DNA of 64,000 nt from Alphaproteobacteria bacterium. GTDB lineage: Bacteria > Pseudomonadota > Alphaproteobacteria > UBA6615. Location: assembly GCA_965261585.1 (NCBI GenBank), contig CBDHDN010000019.1:4684-68683 (forward strand), read 5' to 3'. The position numbers and the translations under genes are program-made. The notes beneath the pieces were generated by a model. The model was not told the DNA's origin and did no database searches. It saw only the letters and a list, made by a program, of their open reading frames with translations. Below are positions 36,840 through 46,238 of this stretch, in pieces (position 1 is the first letter of the stretch; every line of letters begins with the position of its first letter).

Positions 36840-39703
36840 GCCGGCACCGTGGCGGCGTCGACGGCGTCGGCGCAGCGCCCGCAAACGCCGGGGTGGCCGA
36901 ACGTGCCGACCTCGGGCAGTACGCGCCAACAGCGCTCGCACTTCTGGCCGGCGGCCGTGCCGGGCACGACGCCGACGCCGGCAAGCCGTGGCTCGTCGAT
37001 GACAAAGGCGCCGGCCGGCGGCGGCGCCGGATCGATGCTGATGGCGGACGTAATGCAGGTCTCGGCCAAATCGACGCCGGCCAACGCCGCGGCCAACTCG
37101 GGCGGCGCGACATGGACGACGGGATGGGCCTGCAGGGACGAGCCGATGCGCTTCTCGGCACGCTCCAGCTCGAGCGCGCCGGTGACGACCCGGCGCACCG
37201 CCCGCACCTTGTCCCACTTGGCGGCGAGCGCGTCGTCGCGCCATGCCGCCGGCACCGCGGGGAACGTGCGCAGATGGACGCTGTCGTCGCCGGCGGCGTC
37301 TACGCCGCCGACACGAGCCAGCCACGCCTCCTCGGCCGTGAAACAGATGATCGGCGCCAGCCACGCCGTCAGGCAGTCGAATACATGGTCCAGCACCGTG
37401 CGGCAGGCGCGCCGGGTCAGGCCGTCGCGCGGGTCGCAGTAGAGGCTGTCCTTGCGGACGTCGAAGTAGAACGCCGACAAATCGACGGCGCAGAAATTGT
37501 GCAGCTGGATCCACAGCGCGTGAAACGCGTAGTCGTCGACCGCGCCGCGGATCGTGCCGTCGAGCTCCCACAGCCGGTGCAGCACCCAGCGCTCGAGCTC
37601 CGGCATGGTGGCCGGCTCGACACGCTCGCCGGCGCTGAAGCCGTCGAGGTTGCCGAGCAGAAAGCGCAGCGTGTTGCGGATGCGGCGGTAGTGGTCGGCC
37701 TGATGCTTCAGGATCTCCGGGCCGATGCGCACGTCCTCGGCATAGTCGCCGGCGATGACCCAGATGCGCAGGATGTCGGCGCCGGACCGCTCGACGATGT
37801 CCTGGGGCGCGACGACATTGCCGAGCGATTTGGACATCTTGCGGCCCTGTTCGTCGAGCACGAAGCCGTGCGTCAGAACGGCGTCGTAAGGCGCGCGGCC
37901 GCGGGTGCCGCAGCTCTCCAGCAGCGAGGAATGGAACCAGCCGCGGTGCTGGTCGGAGCCCTCGAGATAGAGCGTGGCCGGCCAGGCGAGGTCGTCGCGC
38001 GCCTCCAGCACGAAGCTGTGGGTCGAGCCGGACTCGAACCAGACCTCGACGATGTCGCGCACCTGCTTGTAATCGCCGGCGGCATAGCCGTCGCCGAGGA
38101 AGCGTGACGGCGGGCTGGCGAACCAGGCATCGCCGCCCTCCTGGGCGAACACGTCGGCGATGCGGTCGAAGACGGCCTGATCGCGCAAGATCTCGCCGGT
38201 CTCCTTGTGCACGAACACCGGGATCGGCACGCCCCAGGCGCGCTGGCGCGAAATGCACCAGTCGGGCCGCGACTCGATCATCGAGCGCAGGCGGTTGCGG
38301 CCGCGCGGCGGGACGAAGCGGGTGTCGTCGATGGCGCCGAGTGCCTTTTTCCGGAGATCTTTCGTCGCCATGGAGATGAACCACTGCGACGTGTTGCGGA
38401 AGATGAGCGGCGCCTTCGAGCGCCAGGAGTGGGGATAGCTGTGGCGCAGCCTGGCGCGGCCGAGCAGGCCGCCGGCGCCGTCCAGCGCGGTCATGACGGC
38501 CGCGTTGGCATCGCCCTCCTTGCCCGCCTCGGTGAGCACCCGGGTGCCTGCGAACAGCGGCACGTGGCGGTAGAACGAGCCGTCCTCGTCGACCGTCGCC
38601 GGCACCTCGAGGCCGTTCGCGGTGCCGAGGACGAAGTCGTCCTCGCCATGGCCGGGAGCGATGTGCACGAAGCCGGTGCCCTGGTCGAGGGTGACGAAGT
38701 CTGCGGCCAGGAGCGGCACGTCGAAGTCGTAGCCCTGGCCGCGCAGCGGATGGGCGCAGAGAGTACCGGCGAGCGCCTTTCCGGGCAGCCGTGCGACCTC
38801 GTCATAGGCGGCGATGCCGGCGGCCTCGAGAAACGCCGCCCGCAGGTCAGCGGCCGCGGCGACAATGAGCTCGTCGCCCGGCCGCGCGCGGCCGCCCCCG
38901 GCGACCGCCGCAACCTCGCGCACGCGCAGGCGCACATAGTCGGCCGCGGCGTCGTAGGCGATGCCGCGGTTGCCGGGGATCGTCCACGGCGTCGTCGTCC
39001 AGATGACGACCGCGGCGCCGGCGGTCGCCGGCGGCCCGCCGATGACCGGGAAGCGGACGAAGATCGAGGGCGAGGTGTGGTCCATGTACTCGACCTCGGC
39101 GTCAGCCAGCGCCGTGCGCTCGACGGCCGACCACAGGACCGGCTTGGCGCCGCGATAGAGGCCGCCGTTCATGGCGAACTTGGCGATCTCGCGGGCGATC
39201 TGGGCCTCCGCGGCGAAGGCCATCGTCATATAGGGGTTGGCCCAGTCGCCGATCACGCCGAGGCGCTGGAACTCGGCCGACTGGACGCCGATCCAGTGGG
39301 CCGCGAAGTCGCGGCATTCCTTGCGGAACTCGACGATCGGCACCTCGTCCTTGTTCTTGCCGGCGGCACGGTAGCGCTCCTCCACCTTCCATTCGATGGG
39401 CAGGCCGTGGCAGTCCCAGCCGGGCACGTAGTTGGCGTCCTTGCCGAGCATCTGCTGGGCCCGGTTGACGACGTCCTTCAGGATCTTGTTGAACGCGGTG
39501 CCAACGTGCAGGTTGCCGTTGGCGTAGGGCGGGCCGTCATGGAGGATGAACTTCTCACGCCCGCGGGCGGCCTGGCGCTGCTTTTCATAGAGCCCGATCC
39601 GGCGCCAGCGGGCGAGCAGCTCGGGCTCCTTCTTGGGCAGGCCCGCGCGCATCGGGAAATCGGCGCGCGGCAGGAAGATCGTGTCCTTGTAGTCGGTCGT
39701 CAT
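36836..39703 (-). CDS. ileS: Isoleucine--tRNA ligase
   Basis: HDGPPYANG, GWDCHGLP, EGSDQHRGWF, KMSKS, C-terminal CERCW zinc motif; start MTTDYK. Confidence 0.97.
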   Translation of the reverse strand: MTTDYKDTIFLPRADFPMRAGLPKKEPELLARWRRIGLYEKQRQAARGREKFILHDGPPYANGNLHVGTAFNKILKDVVNRAQQMLGKDANYVPGWDCHGLPIEWKVEERYRAAGKNKDEVPIVEFRKECRDFAAHWIGVQSAEFQRLGVIGDWANPYMTMAFAAEAQIAREIAKFAMNGGLYRGAKPVLWSAVERTALADAEVEYMDHTSPSIFVRFPVIGGPPATAGAAVVIWTTTPWTIPGNRGIAYDAAADYVRLRVREVAAVAGGGRARPGDELIVAAAADLRAAFLEAAGIAAYDEVARLPGKALAGTLCAHPLRGQGYDFDVPLLAADFVTLDQGTGFVHIAPGHGEDDFVLGTANGLEVPATVDEDGSFYRHVPLFAGTRVLTEAGKEGDANAAVMTALDGAGGLLGRARLRHSYPHSWRSKAPLIFRNTSQWFISMATKDLRKKALGAIDDTRFVPPRGRNRLRSMIESRPDWCISRQRAWGVPIPVFVHKETGEILRDQAVFDRIADVFAQEGGDAWFASPPSRFLGDGYAAGDYKQVRDIVEVWFESGSTHSFVLEARDDLAWPATLYLEGSDQHRGWFHSSLLESCGTRGRAPYDAVLTHGFVLDEQGRKMSKSLGNVVAPQDIVERSGADILRIWVIAGDYAEDVRIGPEILKHQADHYRRIRNTLRFLLGNLDGFSAGERVEPATMPELERWVLHRLWELDGTIRGAVDDYAFHALWIQLHNFCAVDLSAFYFDVRKDSLYCDPRDGLTRRACRTVLDHVFDCLTAWLAPIICFTAEEAWLARVGGVDAAGDDSVHLRTFPAVPAAWRDDALAAKWDKVRAVRRVVTGALELERAEKRIGSSLQAHPVVHVAPPELAAALAGVDLAETCITSAISIDPAPPPAGAFVIDEPRLAGVGVVPGTAAGQKCERCWRVLPEVGTFGHPGVCGRCADAVDAATVPA

Positions 39704-39878
39704 GCCGGCATCCTCGGCTGGGCAGCGCAGGCGGCAGTGCCCTCGGTCATCTGGCGAATCGGTGCAGGCGCCTCTGCCTATAGACGATGCGCCCGGCGAC
39801 GACCAGGGCGGCGACGAACGGGGGTGGGCTTGTCTCAGCTGGCTGGCGGCAGTTCGGCGGCGCGGGAACCCCGGCCCC

Positions 39879-39944
39879 TCACGCGAGGGCCGGGCCGATA
39901 ATTCGCGCCCCACGCCGGGGCCGTGATGGCGACCGTTCGAACAT
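39879..39944 (-). promoter_or_regulatory. Candidate ileS leader peptide with overlapping hairpin
   Basis: MFERSPSRPRRGARIIGPALA*; tandem Ile codons ATT ATC directly before the hairpin CCCGGCCCTC-GCGT-GAGGGGCCGGG. Confidence 0.4.
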
Positions 39945-39995
39945 GGCGCGACCATAGGCGGGCAGCCGGTGGCGGTCAAGAAACTGGGGGGGGCC

Positions 39996-40988
39996 TTAGG
40001 ACGGTACGCCCTCGCCGAAGGCGGGCGGCCGGCCCCCCGCGGGCGCAGCCGAGTGGCGGCGCAGGATCTCGTGTGCCTGCCGGCTGTCCTCGGCCATCTT
40101 GGCCTGCAGCGCCGGCAGGGTGTCGAACTTGATCTCCGGGCGCAGGTAGTCGACGAAGGCGACGCGCAGGTGGCGGCCATAGAGGTCGCCGGCGAAATCG
40201 AAGAGGTGGACCTCGAGGAGCAGCGTCTTGCCGTCGACCGTCGGCCGGACGCCGAGGCTGGCGACGCCGTCGTGCCACGCGGTCGCGGCCCCGGCATCGA
40301 TGCCGGCGCGCACGGCATAGACGCCGTAGGCCGGGCGCAGATAGTCGCCGAGCTCCAGGTTCGCCGTCGGATAGCCGAGCGTGCGGCCGCGCTGGTCGCC
40401 GAGGATGACGCGGCCCTCGACCTCCCACAGGTGGCCGAGCAGGGCCGCGGCGCGCGCCGCCTCGCCCTGCCGCAGGCAGCGGCGGATCAGGCTCGAGGAG
40501 AAGATCTCGGCCCCCGGATCGCGGACCGCATCGACGATCGTGACGGCGAAGCCGAGCGTTTGCGCGCGCGCCGCCAGCAGCGCGGGCGTGCCCAGGCGCT
40601 TATGCCCGAAGCGGAAATCGTGGCCGATCACGACATGGCGCGCGGCGAGGCCGCCGTGGAGCACGACGGCGACAAAATCCTCCGCCGTCATGCGGGAAAA
40701 CGCCGCATCGAAGCGGAGGACGACCAGCACGTCGACACCCAGCGCCTCGAGATGGCGCGTGCGGGTGCGGAAGGCGGTCAGGCGAAACGGCGGCGCATCG
40801 GGTTGGAAAACGGCGCGTGGATGCGGCTCAAAGGTGAGCACAGCAAGCGGCACGCCGGCCTGGGCCAGGGTGCGGGCCTGGGCGATAACCGCCTGGTGGC
40901 CGCGATGCACGCCGTCGAAGTTGCCGAGCACGACGACCGCGCCGCGGGCCTCCTGGGTCAGGTCGTCGAAGTGGCGAAAGACATGCAT
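39996..40988 (-). CDS. ribF: Bifunctional riboflavin kinase/FAD synthetase
   Basis: GNFDGVHRGH, TFEPHP, SSSLIR, GRTLGYPTAN, EVHLFDF. Confidence 0.95.
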   Translation of the reverse strand: MHVFRHFDDLTQEARGAVVVLGNFDGVHRGHQAVIAQARTLAQAGVPLAVLTFEPHPRAVFQPDAPPFRLTAFRTRTRHLEALGVDVLVVLRFDAAFSRMTAEDFVAVVLHGGLAARHVVIGHDFRFGHKRLGTPALLAARAQTLGFAVTIVDAVRDPGAEIFSSSLIRRCLRQGEAARAAALLGHLWEVEGRVILGDQRGRTLGYPTANLELGDYLRPAYGVYAVRAGIDAGAATAWHDGVASLGVRPTVDGKTLLLEVHLFDFAGDLYGRHLRVAFVDYLRPEIKFDTLPALQAKMAEDSRQAHEILRRHSAAPAGGRPPAFGEGVPS

Positions 40989-41076
40989 GTCGTCGGGCGC
41001 GGGTGTACCCGCGGCCGGGCCGACTGGCAAGGCCGCCTAGGCAAGTCAGATGCGCGGCCGCGCCGGCAGGGACGGC

Positions 41077-41589
41077 TCAGGCGTCGGCGGCGGGCCGGTT
41101 CGGCACCAGGATCGTCGCCTCGCCGTCGACGACCACGGTCTCGCCGACGGAGCACACCGTCGTCAGGATGCAGCGCCGGCGCGCCCGGTCAATGTCCTTG
41201 ATCGTCGCCCGGGCAACGACGGTCTCGCCGGCCCGGACCGGGGCCTTGAACTTCAGCGACTGACCAACATAGATGCAGCCGGGGCCCGGCAGCTTCATGC
41301 CGATGACCGTCGAGATGAAGCTGGCCGTCAGCATGCCGTGGGCGATCGGGCCGGCTAACTTGGTGCCGATGGCGAACTCGTGGTTCAGGTGGACCGGGTT
41401 GTTGTCGCCGGAGATGCCGGCGAACAGGACGATGTCGGCCTCGCTGACCGTCTTGGCATAGACCGCGGTCATGCCGGGCTCGAGATCCTCGAGATAGAGC
41501 CCGTGCAGCTCCGACATCTCGAACTGCGCCCGCCCGCTGCCGCCGTTGCCCGATCCGCCCTGGCCCCGCCCGTTATTGCGATCCAACAT
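41077..41589 (-). CDS. MaoC-family (R)-specific enoyl-CoA hydratase (PhaJ-like)
   Basis: FAGISGDNNPVH, IAHGML, LPGPG, FKAPV; start may instead be 41517. Confidence 0.88.
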   Translation of the reverse strand: MLDRNNGRGQGGSGNGGSGRAQFEMSELHGLYLEDLEPGMTAVYAKTVSEADIVLFAGISGDNNPVHLNHEFAIGTKLAGPIAHGMLTASFISTVIGMKLPGPGCIYVGQSLKFKAPVRAGETVVARATIKDIDRARRRCILTTVCSVGETVVVDGEATILVPNRPAADA

Positions 41590-41599
41590 GGTCTATCCC

Positions 41600-41722
41600 C
41601 TAGTGTTTCGATGCCGACGGATGGGGACCCATCCGTCAGCTGAATCGAACCACCAGCTTATTGATTCTGTGGGCTGATTCACCTAACGCTTGGGCACCCA
41701 AGCGTTAGGATCAGACCACCGG
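41600..41722. mobile_element. Two-hairpin element family B, copy 2 (right CTAG degenerate)
   Basis: Near-identical to 56294-56416. Confidence 0.82.
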
Positions 41723-42071
41723 CCGCCGATAACGCAGTGCAACATATGCTGCTGCATTGCACTATAACCGGACACTGATATCGGTCAAGTTGCCCCAGGA
41801 TTCGCGGGTTTGACGCGACTTCGTTAATATTGCGTTGCCGAACGCGCCCGCGGATCCGGGTGCCAGTGCTGCGGCGCGACAGGTGGTCGGCCGGGGCCAG
41901 GCCGAATCGCCACTGGCCGATCGCCGTGTCGAGAACATTCTGAGTTGACCGGTTTATGTACCATATGAGTTGACCGCTTCTGTTGCGGTTTCTGGCCCTG
42001 TGGGGAAGTGGTCGGTCGCGGAGCGGCTGTCCACTTGTCCACAGGGCGCCGGTCGGTCGCGTCGAAGCGGG

Positions 42072-45000
42072 TCACGCGGCCTCGCGGGTTTGGCTGTCGA
42101 TCGGTTGGCCATCGGCGTGGTATCGCGCCAGACATCGCGGTCCATGGAAGACGGCCATTGTGCCGTCGGGGTATTCGTGGACGCGGACCCTGGCCTTGAC
42201 GTAATGGCGGCGGTGGCGGCCGGCGGGGATCTGAAGTGCCAGGCGCTTGTAGCGCACCGTGTTGTCGTTTGAGACGGTGCGTTCCTCGTGGATGCACAGG
42301 ATGTCGTCGAGCGCGCCGGTGAAGGGGACGAAGGCGGTGCCCTGGTCCTCGGCCGGGGTCGCGAAGCGGGCGTTGTGTTGTTGCAGGAAGACCTCCTTGA
42401 GGAAGCGGTTGGCCTCGACCATGTCGGTGATGCCGGCGAGCCTGAGTTCCTGGGGCAGGCGCTTCTGCAAGGTGCCGAACATGCGCTCCGAGCGCCCCCT
42501 TGCCTCGGGCGAGTAGGCCGGGATCAACTCGATGCCGAGCTGCGCCAGGGCGCGGCCGACCTGGGTCGGGGTGTCCTTGTCCACCTTGCCGCCGGCCTCG
42601 GGCGTGTTCCAGTAGTGGCTGGCGCGGTCGGCGTAGAGCGAGCAGAACAGGCCCTTGGCCCGGATCGCCTCGGACACCCCCTGGAAGCTCGACATGGTGC
42701 CCTCTTCGGCGACGAAGAAGGCCGAGTAGATATCGCTGGTCGCATCGTCCATGGTGACGATCAGGTCCCACCATCGACCGGGGACCCACTCGTGGCTCGA
42801 GCCGTCCTGGTGCAACATCATGCCGGGCAGGGCACGGCGCGGCCGCTTGCGCCGGTGCGCCCCACGCCTGGGCGCCGCGCGCCTGCGCCCATGGGCTTGC
42901 AAGCTCAGCCGCAGCCAGTTGTAGCTGCGCTTGAAGCCGTGATCGGCCACCAGCTTCTCGTGGAAGTGCTTGGCCGTGAAGTCCCAGTAGCGGGTGTCGA
43001 ACAACTCCAGCACCCGCGCCACCTCGTCCACCGGCGCGCGCCGCGCCGAGAGGCGGCCCAGGCGGCGGTCGTAGAGACCGTCGGCTCCCTCCGCCTCGTA
43101 GCGGTCGCGCCAGCGCCGGAAGGTGCGCTCCGAGACACCCAGAACCTCCGCCGCCTCCGCCTGGCTCAGTAGAGTCGGGGGCTGGCGCGCCAGCTTTAAG
43201 GGTCCGGTGGCGGTTCCGTCGCTTTCGCTCCGGGCCTCAGTCCGGCTCCCGTGGCCACGTTTCCAGTCCCCCGCTCATCAAACCGGACGTGCGGATCTCT
43301 CGCATCCGGCTTTCGGACGAGATCATACCTTCGCACTCGGAAGGCCTATCGTCTGCCGCGTGAGACGCGTGAGGCCATATTCATCGTATAGCCGGGCGTC
43401 CGGGAAATGCACGAATTTCCCGAACCGCGTCTTGTGCTTTCGACAGAGCCACTGACGGAGCCGCCTGACCGCGTGTTGGTTGACCGCGCTATAAGCTGGG
43501 CTGACCTGACCAAGACAGAAGTAGTTCGCCCACCCGACGATGGTCCGGTTCAGGCGTTCCACCACCATTTCCGACGGCAGCAGCTGGTAGCGTGGCGTGG
43601 TGATATCGCTGATCGTGCGGCAAATGCTCTGGACGCTCGCTTTGCTGGGTCGGGTTCCAGTGTAGGTCCCCTCCCCGGTCGGGCGGTAGTTGCGTCCGAT
43701 GCGGTAGCCCAGAAACTCCAATGGCCCCTCCGGGCACCGCAAGCATCGGGTCTTCCGTTCGTTGACCGGCAGCTTCAGACCCTCCATGAGCCGCTCGACC
43801 GCCGTCAGCATTTCCGCCGCCGGGGCCTTGCCGAGCACGCAAAGGTCGTCCGCGTAGTTCACGATTTCCGAACGGAAGCGCCGGGCATAGCCCAGCACCT
43901 TCCAACCCAGTATGAAGCGCCGCATATAGAGGTTGCTGAGCAGCGGCGAGATCGGCGCCCCTTGCGGGGTTCCTTTCCGCTCCCTGCGCGCCCGGTTCGT
44001 GCGGCTGGTGCCGCCCTTGCCGTCGTCCTCCTCCACCGGCATCTCCAGCCACGCCTTGATGAGTCCGAGCATCCGCCCGTCGCTGATGCGCCGGGCGAGG
44101 CTTTTCATCAATTCGGCGTGCGGAATTTCGCCGAAGTAGTTGGACAAATCGCAATCAACCACCTCGTTGTGCCCCCTGTACAGGAGACGATGAACGCGTT
44201 GTACCGCGTCGAGGGCGCTCCGCTCCGGCCTGTAGGCGTACTGCTCCGGTTGCAAGTCGGCTTCGAACATCGGTGTCAGCACGAGCATGGCCGATGTCTG
44301 CGCCACTCGGTCCCGTATGCAGGGAATGCCCAATGGCCGGAACTTGCCGGGCTGTTTCTTCGGGATCAGAACCTGTCGCACCGGCTTCGGTGTGTAGGTG
44401 GCATCCCTCAGTTCCCGCGCCAGTTCCCCGAGCCAGCGGTCCACGCCGTACGCCTTGATGTCCGCGAAGTTCTCTCCGTCCACCCCGGCAGCGCCGCCAT
44501 TGCGGCGAACCTGCCTCCAGGCTTCCATCAAGAAGTCCTCGCGCCACACCTTGTCAATCAGCGAATGGAACCGCCGTCCGGGTTCTTCCTTAGCTTTCGC
44601 ATGTAACACGGTCTGGAATTTCCGAACCTTTTCTGACCCTGTTAGGCTCTCGCCAGTGGTCACGTCTTGCTTCCTTTCCGTATTGCTCTCGAACCAGGGC
44701 TCCTTTCCTCCGCCGGCATTACCCGGCCTCCGCGGTACTACGAGCCCATCCGCCACCCTGCCGGCCCGGCCTGCCCCTCACGGGGTTCCGGTTGGTGAGT
44801 GCACACCACCGACAGGGCTTCCCGTGTTGCTCCCATCCTCCTGCTCCATGCGTGCAGCCACCATTACCCCGGCGGAGCCGGCCGGTGCGCGTGTCGTTCT
44901 CTTCCCGGCCGGTGGCAGCCTTCCCCGAGTAGCTGACGGGTCGGCTTCCGCATTCCAAGTTTCGAGGCCTGCTCGGTGTTCACTCGCGTTGCGGCCCGCA

Positions 45001-45230
45001 TGGTCGCTGAACCGCCCAGGGCGGTCCGTTTCTCGGAGTGCTTCAAACGATGTCGTTACCTCCATCATTCGCTCTGATTGCTACCGGCTGGAACGACAGT
45101 TGCCGGGCGGGATTTTCACCCGCTGAAGGATGGTGCCTTTCCACGGCACACAGCCACCCCGATGGGTGCGCCCGTAAACCTCCTCGAACTTCATCAATCT
45201 CAGTCCCTGTACCTGCTCCGTCCAACGCAT
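42072..45230 (-). CDS. Intron-split transposase (exon 1 45152-45230, exon 2 42072-43168; 391 aa spliced)
   Basis: MRWTEQVQGLRLMKFEEVYGRTHRGG-L-SQAEAAEVLGVSERTFRRW..HQDGS..YADRAS..ARGRSERMFGTLQKRL; joined length 1176 nt is in frame. Confidence 0.88.
43169..45151 (-). ncRNA. Group II intron (1983 nt)
   Basis: 5' GUGUG, 3' ..CUCUAC; domain V AAGCCGGAUGCGAGAGAUCCGCACGUCCGGUUU at 43280-43312; RT ORF directly upstream of DV. Confidence 0.93.
43323..44663 (-). CDS. ltrA: Group II intron reverse transcriptase/maturase (no endonuclease domain)
   Basis: GAAGVDG, RPLGIP..DRVAQ, GTPQGAPISPLLSN, YADD, FLGY, GWANYF; GTG start inferred. Confidence 0.93.
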   Translation of the reverse strand: MTTGESLTGSEKVRKFQTVLHAKAKEEPGRRFHSLIDKVWREDFLMEAWRQVRRNGGAAGVDGENFADIKAYGVDRWLGELARELRDATYTPKPVRQVLIPKKQPGKFRPLGIPCIRDRVAQTSAMLVLTPMFEADLQPEQYAYRPERSALDAVQRVHRLLYRGHNEVVDCDLSNYFGEIPHAELMKSLARRISDGRMLGLIKAWLEMPVEEDDGKGGTSRTNRARRERKGTPQGAPISPLLSNLYMRRFILGWKVLGYARRFRSEIVNYADDLCVLGKAPAAEMLTAVERLMEGLKLPVNERKTRCLRCPEGPLEFLGYRIGRNYRPTGEGTYTGTRPSKASVQSICRTISDITTPRYQLLPSEMVVERLNRTIVGWANYFCLGQVSPAYSAVNQHAVRRLRQWLCRKHKTRFGKFVHFPDARLYDEYGLTRLTRQTIGLPSAKV

Positions 45231-45390
45231 CGCCTCCCTCCATGGCTTGGAGGCGTTCTAAAACCGGACAGATCATCTGGTACATAAACCGGACATATCG
45301 CGTGTTACCGACACACTGGCCGATCGCCGTTGGCGGCGGCTGCCGCGTAGGCTAAGAGTGGCCCCTCGCGCAACCGGAGGGGCCGACGGC

Positions 45391-45609
45391 ATGGCCGGGC
45401 GATTCCCGAAAATTCCCAAGGTTCGCCAACGGGCGGAGCTGTTCCTGGCCGACGGCAGCCGGCTGGCCGGCCACGTGTTCGTCGAGGCGACGAGCCGCAT
45501 CCAGGACGTGCTGAACCGACCGGAGCGCTTTTTTCCCTTCGTCGACGAGGCCGGCGACATTCAGCTCGTCAACAAGGAGCTGGTCGTGCGGGTGCGGCCG
45601 GAGGACTGA
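45391..45609 (+). CDS. Small conserved hypothetical protein
   Basis: GGAGG upstream; DGSRLAGHVFV..RIQDVLN..FFPF..LVNK; stop overlaps the next ATG. Confidence 0.65.
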   Translation: MAGRFPKIPKVRQRAELFLADGSRLAGHVFVEATSRIQDVLNRPERFFPFVDEAGDIQLVNKELVVRVRPED

Positions 45610-46238
45610 TGGCGGCACTGGTCGGCGCGCTGGCGACCGACGGGCCGGCGCGGGCGCCGGCGACGGTCGTGCTGGCCCACGGCGCCGGCGCGCCGATGGA
45701 CACGCCGTTCATGAACACGGTAGCCGGGGGACTGGCCGGGCGGGGCCTGCGCGTCGTGCGCTTCGAGTTTCCCTACATGGCGGCACGGCGCAGCGACGGC
45801 AGGCGTCGCGGGCCGGACCGGCCGGCGGTGCTGCACGAGGCCTGGCACGAGGTGGTGGCGCGCCTGGCCGGCGCCGAGCGGCTGGTCATCGGCGGCAAAT
45901 CGATGGGCGGTCGGATCGCCAGCGAGGTCGCTGACAAAGCCAACGTCACCGGCGTCGCCTGCCTGGGCTATCCGTTCCACCCGCCGGGCCGGCCGGACAA
46001 GTTGCGCACCGCGCACCTGGCCGAAATGACGACGCCAATGCTGATCGTGCAGGGCGAGCGCGACACGTTCGGCACGCCCGAAGAGGTCGGCGCATACACG
46101 CTGTCGCCGGCGATCCGGGTCGTGTGGATCCGCGACGGCGACCACTCGCTGAAGCCGCGCAAATCGTCGGGCGTGACCGAGACCGAGAACCTGAGCGCGG
46201 CGGTCGACGCCGTCGCCGATTTCGTGGCCGCGCTCTAG
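45609..46238 (+). CDS. Alpha/beta hydrolase (KANL3/Tex30-like)
   Basis: LAHGAGA, GGKSMGGR, LGYPFHPPG, QGERD, GDHS. Confidence 0.9.
   Translation: MAALVGALATDGPARAPATVVLAHGAGAPMDTPFMNTVAGGLAGRGLRVVRFEFPYMAARRSDGRRRGPDRPAVLHEAWHEVVARLAGAERLVIGGKSMGGRIASEVADKANVTGVACLGYPFHPPGRPDKLRTAHLAEMTTPMLIVQGERDTFGTPEEVGAYTLSPAIRVVWIRDGDHSLKPRKSSGVTETENLSAAVDAVADFVAAL

Larger units (their letters stand above)
41927..45313 (-). mobile_element. IS1202-type (IS481-related) element carrying a group II intron
   Basis: TGT..ACA ends with subterminal repeats (TGAGTTGACC x2; AAACCGGACA x2); 16-bp DR CACTGGCCGATCGCCG at 41911-41926 and 45314-45329; 1404 bp without the intron. Confidence 0.9.

Noticed and set aside
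41720-41926. dif/XerCD site targeted by the IS1202-type element
   Set aside because: No convincing XerC/XerD arm pair seen, and the 16-bp DR does not fit the short-DR xrs-targeting subgroup
43323-44756. Retron, DGR or defence-associated reverse transcriptase
   Set aside because: GUGYG 5' end, domain V/VI, EBS1 and a maturase domain identify it as a group II intron IEP
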